Assembly: GCF_000485595.1 (NCBI RefSeq)
Contig: NW_014577070.1
Span: 854,526-918,525 of the forward strand
Source of the DNA: Priapulus caudatus
Lineage: Eukaryota
Reading direction: 5' to 3'
DNA length: 64,000 nucleotides
Shown here: positions 12,701 to 24,700 of the stretch, piece by piece
Layout: each line of letters begins with the position of its first letter
Position numbering within the stretch: position 1 is the stretch's first letter
Made by a program: the position numbers and the translations under genes
The notes under the pieces: generated by a model
What the model was told of the DNA's origin: nothing
The model's input: only the letters and a program-made list of their open reading frames with translations
The model's database searches: none

Positions 12701-15700
12701 TAAATTGTCCTTATTTTCTTATCATAATGCTAGATAGGATAGGACATATATGTTTTTATTATATTACTTATATTCATTAGTGGAGCAAGAGGTAACTGTA
12801 GAAGAGGAGTTTCCTGAACATGAGATGCCAGCTAAAGAAGCTCCAGAGGAAATTACACCAGAGGTCACAGAAGTTGTTCCTGAGGGTAATTAATTTTCAT
12901 ACTCCCACATACATGTGCTCGTGCACAGATTTACACATTATAATAATATATATATATATATATATAAACTAAACAACCATTTTCTTTTGCTTGTTGATTG
13001 GAAGCATCATAAAGGAGCTTGTAATTGGAGTCAGTGTTTTCTCAATGCACATTTGTCCTGCCTCATTTCTGTGAGCATTGACAAGTATCATTCAGTCAGT
13101 GTATGAAATAACTAAAAAGTGAATTATAACATGAAAATATTCATTCTCTATTACACGATACAGTATAAGTACGTTCATGATTATAATTATCTAGCATTAT
13201 ACTTGCAGATTTACTGTGTATTGTAAATATTGACATACACACGAGCACTTGGTTTTCTCATTTTTTTATACAGTAATGGAAAAGAAGAAGCGGAAAAAGA
13301 AAGTCAAAAAACCTGAAGGTATGTGGCCGATAGACATGGAATAAAGCAGGTTTCAAACTAAATTTCATGCAGTCATTATTTTAACAGTATTGCAGGGTTT
13401 ATGGAAATTAAAGTGAACTCTGAAAGCATTGTTTTCACAGAAATACCATGTAAAGAAGTGCAAATAGCTCTTCTAGTCATCTTGGAAATTGTTGATGAGG
13501 AAAAACCAGGTTTAGCTAACATAGGATATTAGGTAGTACATAATATGAATCATATATTGTATAATAGAATGATATTAGTCATAACAGGTTCATCAGTACT
13601 GAGAATACCTATTGCCTAACATGGTTTAAACATTAAAAATAGCAACACCTAATATTTTTACTCTCACGTCCCAGACGAGGTTCCTGAGGATATTTTGTTG
13701 GAAGAGGTACCTGAGGATATTTTGTTGGAAGAGGTACCTGAGGAGGAGGCACCCCAGGAAGTGATCGTTGAGGTTATAGAACAAGAAGCTATTGAAAGAG
13801 GTAGGGTCGATAGCACCATGTGAAATGTGATAATTTATTCAAGGTATTGTCCTCTATCGTATTATGTAATATCAGAGTGTAAAGTGTAGCCAATGCTGTT
13901 AATATAAATAAGTACACTTGTATAAACTGTGTACACTTGTATATTACAGGCAGTTGTTATGGCATTTTTAAAACGAGGTTATTATATTTCAAAAGAATGG
14001 GACAGTATTATTTTCTGGCAGCGCTATAGGTGAATAAGATTAATATATGTATATAGTAAAATGTTTCAGTTTGAATATTTTGGCTGTGAATGTTGATATT
14101 ATTGATCATTGATTTTTTAGTTGTTGACAAGAAAAAGATCAAGAAGAAGAAGAAGCCTAAAGAAGGTAGGTATATTTACTGGAGATATGTTTAAGTGTAC
14201 ATAGATAAATGATACATAGATATATGCTAATATTTTTCAGGTATAAATAAGGTTTATATGCTTTTTCACATATGTTGAATGTCGTATGTCAAATGTTGTA
14301 ATCATTTCTATTACTTATTATATTTGTTTTGTGTCATCGCATTGGTGTAATGTAGTTAATTGTAAAAAAATAATTTTAAATTGTATCATTTGTTCATTTG
14401 CAGAGATTCTTCAGAAAATGCCAGAGGAGGTATGAGTAAATCATTGTTGGGACATCATTTATAGCATACAAAAATCGAACAGAATTGCCATTAAACTATT
14501 GACATGTTAATATTTAATTGGCATCAACATGTAGTTATATGTTGGTTGGACTTTCATATGTTGGTTGGTTGGGCATTCAACGTTTTACTTTTATTACAAC
14601 TACTAGAATTTATAACAGCAATGTAGATGGAAAATTCTTATTTTATTCAGCCACATGGTAATGACAAATACTGGGTGATTAGTTTTCATATGTAGATTTC
14701 TTCCAATAAGCTAAGATATGCAAATATGCCATAAAAGAAACTTTGGCCCCCTGCCTAAGTTGAGAATTTTTCTCACAGATGTTTGAGGCTCCGGAACTTA
14801 CAAAGATTCCTGTTATCACAATCAAAGAGGGTGGGGAAGCACACTTTAAGACATACGTAAGTACTGGTGTAATCGTGTCTGCATCAGTAAGCATACAGGC
14901 ACCGTCATTATTTCAGTAATGAAATCTTGCTTTGGAATGATCTATTCGGAACTAGTGTGTTATACATTCTTGTGCATGTGGTGTGATCAGGCTAGCAAAT
15001 ATATTGCATGTGCATTTATCATGATGCAATTTGTTTTACCATAGTTCACTGGCTATCCAGAACCAGTCATTACATGGTATGCAGAAAGCTTCGAAATCAT
15101 GCCTTCAAAGGACTTTGAGATCATCTTTGAGGACGATTACACAGAGCTAATCATCAACCATGTGTACACTGATGATCAGGGCACTTACTATTGCAAGGCT
15201 TTCAATGAGGTTGGGGAAGCCACAGTATCAGCAACACTTATTGTGCCTAGTAAGTGTCACATATTAGTACAAGAGTTCTTATTTTTCAACGCATTTTCAA
15301 ACTTTAAGTATGCTCACAAGTATCCATAATTATTATTCAATCTTGTCATTTATGAATGAAAAAGTAACCAGTACAATAATATATAAGTCAGAAAATTTCA
15401 CTTATTCTTTAAATTTGTTTGTATGAACATCTAATAGCAAATCTGAATAATGTGTCTATGAACGTGCTCTGATGTTTTGTGTGTTTTGTCATTTTAGTTG
15501 AAGATTACATTGATGAATTGCCTGAAGAGTTGGCTCCAGAAGAGTTAACACTTAACCTGGAAGAACAGAAACTAGAAGGTTTGGCATGATGCACTTCTTC
15601 AATTTGTCTATAGCATTTAATAGCCATTTGTTTCCAGCAGCTAGGCCTCAAGTGTTGATAAACAGGTGTCTCTCTTTTTTTACTCTTTTTGAAATATTAC

Positions 15701-18700
15701 TTGCAAGGCATCAGGCACAGATATTAGGGGAAAGAGTATTTATTATACAGAATATGTAACGTATATGCAGGGATGTCCACGTATGCCTTTGATTTCATGC
15801 AGTCGTAAAAGCAAAAAAATCAGTACTTAGTAATCAAAAGTATTAGTTATTTTCATGACAAACTTAGGGCAATCTTTTCGTTGCAACGTGTGTTGCAACA
15901 TGCTCACATGAATTGCATCAATAAAGGTTGGGATGCGTAGGACAGTTATAAAAGGCAATGGAAATATATCAATTTAAATAGATAAGCAGTGTAAAATTAG
16001 GATATAAACAACAGTTTATATTTATATGATTACCAACACAAACAATTGATAGTAAAGTGGCTGAATTGCTGAGTGGAACCAAGGTAAACGATTTATAGTT
16101 TCCAATGAGCCACGATAATACTCATTAGGGATGTAAGATTGAAGGTAGGTGCAACTGAAACATTTGTGCATGCCCGCAGTCGTAAATAATACTCTTTAGC
16201 AACTGGTTCATTAGTCAGCCATGATGTCTCATTGGAGCATTGTCACTGTGCATGACATGCAAGGTGACAATTACATGAGACATGTCTGGCAGCTATGAAC
16301 TTGGAAGTAATTGCTCAAAGAGTGTTCTATTTACAGAAATAGAAANAAGGCTACTATGTCCTTTACTGGTAAAATTTTACAGGTCGGGGGATGTTTTGCC
16401 AGAGTATATATCAACTTGTCAATTGCTTTTTACTACTACAATTTGCATTTCGGTATAGTTGTCACTTCATCCCATTGATGAACTGGCTGGAAACCAGTAT
16501 ATCCACCGAGTTTCTAACAATACGCTTGCAGAACCAGAGAAGCTGTTGCCAATTTAAATAGATCGGCAGTTCAAAATTAAAAAAAATAATTGAACGTATT
16601 CATCATGGGAAATATGATAAGACATAATTAAGCAAAACAAATTACAGCTAGTACTAGTTGATTAGGAGAGTTGCCCCAGTGGTAAGGGAGTTAAATTTTC
16701 CAATAGAAAAATATAAGTCTCTTCTGCCCCCACTGCAACATTGGCACAGTAGCGTATAAATGAAATGTTCGCCTCCTGCGCCGCAGTTGTAGATAAACTC
16801 CTTAGCAACTTGGTTCAGTAGCCCTGGCCATGATATCTGCATTGGAGTGTTGTCACTGCTGCATGAATGCACAGGTGACAATTAGATGGATATGTCTTGC
16901 AAGCCTCATGACATGGGAAGTGATTGCTCAAAAGAGTGTTGCTATTTACAGAAGCCAGAAATCACACGTGTAGAAAAGAAGAAAAAGAGAGAAGAAACGA
17001 CAGCCAGGTACAAGAAGTTGTAGAAGGAACTTCCTCAACCCGAGGAAACACTGAAGAGCGTGGTTCTTGGGCAGGTTAAACCAGTTGAAGAGCGTACCAG
17101 AAGACGTCCTGAAGTGACTGAAGAAATAACTAAGAAATCATAATAAGTAACAGAAGAGGCAAACAGCTTCCTGAGGTCACTGCAGGAAGTCACTGAGGAA
17201 TATCATCTCTGAACAAACAGTAAGAAGAGAAAACAGCTTCCAGAAGCGTACATATGTCCTTACTGTAAATTTTACAGGCGTTGGGAGTGTTTGTAGAGCT
17301 GATTATCACATGGCAAGGTTATTTAATACTACAATTTGCATTTGGCTATTCAGTTGTCACTATTCCGCATTGATGAACATGGCTGAAACATGTATAATTC
17401 ACCGAAGTTTCTAAAAACAGCTATAAGAACACAGAGAGCTTGTTGCAATTTAAATTAGATCGCGCAGCTTCAAAAATGAAAAAATAATGAACGTATTATC
17501 ATGGACATGCATTACTTTAAGGCAAACAAATTAGCTATACTATTGCAGTGCGACAGAGTTGCCAGTCTGTAGAGAGAGGTTAATATTTGTCCAACTGAAA
17601 CAATATAAGGTCTATTCTGCCACTGCAACATTGACGGTTATGGTATAAATGAAAATGTCTCGCTCATGCGCACGCGTTGCTAAGATAGTATACTCCTTTA
17701 CAGCAAAACTGGTTCATTAGCCTGCCATGATGTCTCATTTGGATGTTGGTCACTGTGCATGACACTGCAACCGGTTACAATTAGCATAAGATATGCTCTG
17801 GCAGTATGAACATGGAAGTGATTGCTCAAAGAATGTTCTATTTTACAGTAGCAAAGAATTCACACCTGTAGAAAAGTCAAGAAAAAGAGATGAAACCGAA
17901 GCCAGTAGAAGAACTTGCCTCACACCTGAGGAAACCACTTGAAAGAATTGTATGTTCTTGAGGTAAGCCAGTCGAAGAGCGCACCAGAAGGAGGTTCCTG
18001 AAGTGACTGAAGAAGACCATAACTGAAGAAAATTGTAATAGTAACAGAAGAGGAAACAGTTTACTGATGACGACGTATCACTGAGGAAGTAACTGCAACC
18101 AAATCATCTTTGAACAACCAACCGTTCAAGGAGCCGAACAACAGGTTCTGAAGTAGAATATGTCCTTACAGAAAAACATACGCATGCACTAGAATATTCT
18201 GAAATATATTATGCACATGAAAGAGCTCTTCACTACACGCTATGTGCAGCTGAGATATAATGTTTCACCTCTACTGCGCTGAATTGCCAAGTGTATATAT
18301 CAGGCATCATTAGAATAGGATAAAAACGAGGGAGCTTTATACAATTTAACTCGCTGTCGCGAAGTTTAACTGAGCATATAATAAACGGTTTAGTCTTACA
18401 CACAATCCTATTAATACCAAATAAATGAAACTCGAACTGACCGCTGTCAGCGCAGTGCTTGGCCCAAAGGTAAAATAACTACATTGTTTCAATTCAGCCT
18501 ATATAAGACTTCTTTAGTCAGTATGATCTGAAAGGCTATAGCAGTAGTGGAAACATTTCGTCCATTTGCCCTGCAGTCGATAAATAATACTCTTTAAAGC
18601 TGCCTGTTCATTAGTCTGCCATAATGTGCTCTCATTGGAGTCGTTGTCACTGTGCATGACATCAGGGCGGCTGACAATAGACATGAGATATGCTCTGCAG

Positions 18701-21700
18701 CTATGAACATGAAGTTGATTGCCTCAAAGGAGGTGTTCTATGTTACAGAAGCAGAAGATCACACGTGATAGCAAAAGAAGAAAAAGCAAGAGAAAACCCG
18801 AAAGCAGTAGAAAAGTTGGTAGAGAACTTCCTCAACCGAGGAAACTACCTGAAGAGTGCTGGTTCTTGAGGTTAAACCAGTTGAAGAGTAGCCGAGTCAG
18901 AGGTTCCTGAAGCGACTGAAGAAATAACTGGAAGGAAATCGCTAATCAATAACAGAAGAGGAAACAGTTCCTGCAGGCACTGAGGAACAGTCACTGAGGA
19001 AATCATCTGGAAACAACGAGTAGAAGCAGGAACAGGTTCAAGAAGGTAAACAATGTCCATTACTGTATGATTTTACAGCGTCGGGGATGTTTTTGTAGAG
19101 TATTATATACATGGAATTGTTTTTACACTACAATTTGCATGTTGGTATAGTTGTCACTTTCCAGTTGCATTTGAAACTGGGCTGAAACAGTATAAATTCA
19201 CAAGTTCCTAAAACAGCTATAGAACAGAGAGCTGTGTGCCAAATTAAATAGATCGGCAGTTCAAAATGATAAAAATAATGAACGTATTCAGTATGGACAT
19301 GATTTATTAAGGGCAAACAAATGATAAGCTATACTAGTGAGCTAGCGAGAGTTGCTCCAGCTCAGTGAAGAGAGGTAAATTTCCAATGAAACGAATATAA
19401 GTCTCTTCTGCCAGCTTGCACCGTCAACTGTTTGATGCGGTAGGGTATAAATGAAAGCGCTCCTGCCGGCAGTTGTAGATAAATACTCTTATAGCAACTG
19501 TGTTCATTAGGCCTGCCCATGCATGTCTCATTGCAGTGTTGTTAATGTGCATGACATGCCAAGCCGTGCACAATTAGCATGACGATTATGTCTGGCAGCT
19601 ATGAACATGGAAAGTGATTAGCCTCAAAGACGTGTTCTATTTACAGTAGCAGAAATCACACCTGCTTTAGAAAAGAAGAAAAAGCAAGAAGAAACCGAGC
19701 AGTAGAAGACTTCCTCAACCTGAGGAAATCACTTGAAGATGTTGTCTTGAGTGTTAAGCCAGTCGAAAGACCGGCTACCAGAAAGAGGTCCTGTAGTGAA
19801 CGAAAAATAACTGCAAGAAATGTAATAGTAACCAAAGAGGAAAACGTTACTTGGAGGTACTGCAGGCAAGTAACTGCAGCAAATTCATCTTTGACAACCA
19901 CATAGAGGAGGAACAGGCTTCCGTGAAGGTAGGAAATGTCCTAACTGAAAATTATTACATGACTGGTAATCTGAAATACATTATAACATGGAAAGAGCTT
20001 TCACTAACATGATGTGCAGCTGATACAATTTTCACCTTATTACTGCGGCTGAATTGCCAACGTGTATATATCAGGATCATAGAATAGCGTATAAAACGAG
20101 GGAGCTTTATCAATTTAACTCGTTCGCGACAGCTTTTAAAACTGAGCGACTATAAATACGTGTTTATTCTTTCACAATTATTAATACAAATTAAATATGG
20201 AAACTGAACTGACCGTGTAGGAGTGTTGCCCAAAGGTAAATAATAGCCAGTTTCCAAATCAGCCTATATAAGACTCTTTAGTGATTCGTAGGATTGAAGG
20301 TAGTAGGTATAGCCTGCGAAACATTGTGTCCATGGCCCTGCCAGTCATACAATAATTACTCTTTAGACAGCTGGTTCATTATTTCTTGCGCATGATTAGG
20401 TCTCATGTGGAGTGGTTGATCACGTGTGCATGAACATGCAAGGTGTACAATTACATGAAGACATTTCTGGCAGCTATGAACAGTTGGAAGCCGACTTGCC
20501 TCAAAGAGTGTATCTATTTACAGAAAGAGAAATGTACACCGCCTGTTGGAAAAAGAAGAAAAAGAAGAAGAAACGAAGCCAGTACAGGAAGTCTGTAGGA
20601 AGAACTTCCAGCACCAGAGGAAACCACTGAAGGGTTCCTTTTGAGCTTAAACCAGTTGAAGAGGTACCGAAGAGGTCCTGAACGTGACTGAAGAAATAAC
20701 TGAAGGAATCATAATAATAACAGAAGAGCGAAACAGTCTCCGAGGTGCACTGAGGAACGTCACTGAGGAAATCATCTTTTGCAACAACCAGTAGAAGAGG
20801 AACAGGTTCCAGAAGGCTACATTATGCTCCTTTACTGCCTAAAATTTTACAGCGTTGGGATGCTTTTGTAGAGTATTATCACATCGGCCAAGTGTTTTTA
20901 CCCCTACAATTTGCATTTTGGTATTAGTTGTCACTTTCCCTGAGGAACGGCTGAAACAGTATAGATTCACGAGGCTTCTAAAAACAAGCTAGGGAAGAAC
21001 CAGAGAGCTGTTGCAATTTAAATAGATCGGCAGTTTCAAAAAATGAAAAAATAATGAACGTATTCATATGAATATGATTATTAAGGCAAACAAATTAAGC
21101 TATACTAGTTGAGTAGGAGAGTTGCCCCAGTGTAAGGGAGTTAAATTTTCCAATGAAACAATATAAGTCTCTTCTGCACTGCAACATTGACGGTAGGTAT
21201 AAATGAAATGTTTGCTCCTGCGGCAGTTGTAGATAATACTCTTTAGCAACTGGTTCATTAGCCTGCCATGATGCCTCATTGGAGTGTTGTCACTGTGCAT
21301 GACATGCAAGGTGACAATTACATGAGACATTTCTGGCAGCTATGAACGTGGAAGTGATTGCTCAAAGAGTGTTCTATTTACAGTAGCAGAAATCACACGT
21401 GTAGAAAAGAAGAAAAAGAAGAAGAAACCGAAGCCAGTAGTAGAAGTTGTAGAAGAACTTTCTCAACCTGAGGAAACCACTGAAGATGTTGTTCTTGAGG
21501 TTAAGCCAGTCAAAGAGATACCAGAAGAGGTTCTTGAAGTGACTGAAGAAATAACCGAAGAAATTGTAATAGTAACAGAAGAGGAAACAGTTACTGAGGT
21601 TACTGAGGAAGTAACTGAGCAAATCATCTTCGAACAACCAATAGAAGAGGAACAGTTTCCTGAAGGTAGAAATGTCCTTACAGAAAAACATTACATATGA

Positions 21701-24700
21701 CTAGTATTCTGAAATATATTTTGACATGGAAAGAACTTTCACTAACGCTATGTGCAGCTGATATAATTTTCACCTTTACTGCACTGAATTGCAAGTGTAT
21801 ATATCAGGATTCATAGTATAGGTATAAAAACGAGGGAGCTTTATAAATTTAACTTGTTCGGAAGTTTAAACTGAGGATATAATAAACATGTTTATCTTTA
21901 CACAATTATTAATACAAATAAATAAAATTGAACTGACCGTGTAGGAGTGTTGCCCGAACGTAAGATAATAGCAGTTTCCAATCAGCCTATATAAGACTCT
22001 TTAGTGATGTAGGATTGAAGGTAGGTATAGCTGGAACATTTGTCCATGCCCTGCAGTCATAAATAATACTCTTTAGAAGCTGGTTCATTAGTCTGCCATG
22101 ATGTCTCATTGGAGTGTTGTCACTGTGCATGACATGCAAGGTGACAATTACATGAGACATGTCTGTCAGCTATGAACGTGGAAGTGATTGCTCAAAGAGT
22201 GTTCTATTTACAGAAGCAGAAATCACACCTGTAGAAAAGAAGAAAAAGAAGAAGAAACCGAAGCCAGTAGAAGAAGTTGTAGAAGAACTTCCTCAACCCG
22301 AGGAAACCACTGAAGAGGTGGTTCTTGAGGTTAAACCAGTTGAAGAGGTACCAGAAGAGGTTCCTGAAGTGACTGAAGAAATAACTGAAGAAATCGTAAT
22401 AATAACAGAAGAGGAAACAGTTCCTGAGGTCACTGAGGAAGTCACTGAGGAAATCATCTTTGAACAACCAGTAGAAGAGGAACAGGTTCCAGAAGGTACA
22501 TATGTCCTTACTGTGCAATTTTACAGCGTCTGTGTGTTTTGCAGAGTATTATCACATGGCAATTGTTTTTACTACTACAATTTGCATTTGGTATAGTTGT
22601 CACTTTCCCATTGATGAACTGGCTGAGACAGTATAATTCACGAGTTCTAAAACAGCTATAAGAACCAGAGAACTGTTGCAATTTAAATAGATCAGCAGTT
22701 CAAAATGAGAAAATAATGAACGTGTTCATATGGATATCATTATTAAGACAAACAAATACTATACTAGTTTAGTGGGAGAGTTGCTCCATGGTAAGGGAGT
22801 TAAATTTTCCAATGAGACAATATAAGTCTTCTGCACTGCAACATTGACGGTAGGTATAAATGAAATGTTCGCTCCTGCGGCAGTCGTAAATTATACACTT
22901 TAGCAGCTGGTTCATTAGTCTGCCATGATGTCTCATTGGAGCGTTGTCACTGTGCATGACATGCAAGGTGACAATTACATGAGACATTTCTGGCAGCTAT
23001 GAACGTGGAAGTGATTGCTCAAAGAGTGTTCTATTTACAGAAATAGAAATCACACCTGTAGAAAAGAAGAAAAAGAAGAAGAAACCGAAGCCAGTAGAAG
23101 AAGTTGTAGAAGAACTTCCTCAACCTGAAGAAACCACTGAAGAGGTTGTTCTTGAAGTTAAACCAGTTGAAGAGGTTCCCGAAGTGACTGAAGAAATAAC
23201 TGAAGAAATTGTAATAGTAACAGAAGAGGAAGTAGTTACTGAGGTCACTGAGGAAGTAACTGAGGAAATCATCTTCGAACAACCAGTAGAAGAGGAACAG
23301 GTTCCAGAAGGTAGATGTTTCCTTACTGAAAAATATTACATGACTGGTAATCTGAAATATATTATGACATGGAAAGAGCTTTCACTAACACGATGTGCAG
23401 GTGATATAATTTTCACTGTTACTGCACTGAATTGCAAGTGTATATTTTACGATTCATAGAACAGGTATAAAAAGCAAGGGAGCTTTATCAATTTAACTGG
23501 ATCAGCAGTTTAAAATGAGGATATAATAAACGTGTTTATATTTACACAATTGTTAATATAAACAAATGAAACTCAACTGACCGTGTAGGAGTGTTGCCCC
23601 AATGTAAGATAAGAGCAGTTTCCAATGAGCATATATAAGACTCATTAGTGGCGTAGGATTGAAGGTAGGTATTACTGGAACATTTGTGCATGTTCTGCAG
23701 TAGTAAATAATACTCTTTAGCAGCTGGTTCATTAGTCTGCCATGATGTCTCATTGGAGTGTTGTCACTGTGCATGACATGCAAGCTGACAATTATATGAG
23801 ACATATCTGGCAGGTATGAACTTGGAAGTGATTGCTCAAAGAGTGTTCTATTTACAGAAATAGAAATCACACCTGTAGAAAAGAAGAAAAAGAAGAAGAA
23901 ACCGAAGCCAGTAGAAGAAGTTGTAGAAGAACTTCCTCAACCTGAGGAAACCACTGAAGAGGTGGTTCTTGAGGTTAAACCAGTTGAAGAGGTACCAGAA
24001 GAGGTTCCTGAAGTGACTGAAGAAATAACTGAAGAAATCGTAATAATAACAGAAGAGGAAACAGTTCGTGAGGTCACTGAGGAAGTCACTGAGGAAATCA
24101 TCTTTGAACAACCAGTAGAAGAGGAACAGGTTCCAGAAGGTACATATGTCCTTACTGTGAAATTTTACAGCGTCTGGGTGTTTTGCAGAGTATTATCACA
24201 TGGCAAATTTTTTTACTACTATTTGCATTTGGTGACAACTTTCCCATTGATGAACTGGCTGAAACAGTATAATTCACGAGTTCTAAAACAGCTATAAGAA
24301 CCAGAGAACTGTTGCAATTTAAATAGATCAGCAGTTCAAAATGAAAAAATAACGAACGTGTTCATATGGATATCATTATTAAGACAAACAAATACTATAC
24401 TAGTTTAGTGGGAGAGTTGCTCCATGGTAAGGGAGTTAAATTTTCCAATGAGACAATTTAAGTCTTCTGCACTGCAACATTGACGGTAGGTATAAATGAA
24501 ATGTTCGCTCCTGCGGCAGTCGTAAATAATACTCTTTAGCAGCTGGTTCATTAGTCTGCCATGATGTCTCATTGGAGCGTTGTCACTGTGCATGACATGC
24601 AAGGTGACAATTAATTACATGAGACATGTCTGGCAGCTATGAACATGGAAGTGCTTGCTCAAAGAGTGTTCTATTTACAGAAATAGAAATCACACGTGTA

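Noticed and set aside
3534..21060. Frameshifted exon copies (3534-6641, 16346-21060) as pseudogenes or programmed frameshifting
   Set aside because: Uniform indel noise in introns and exons next to N gaps fits uncorrected long-read sequence.
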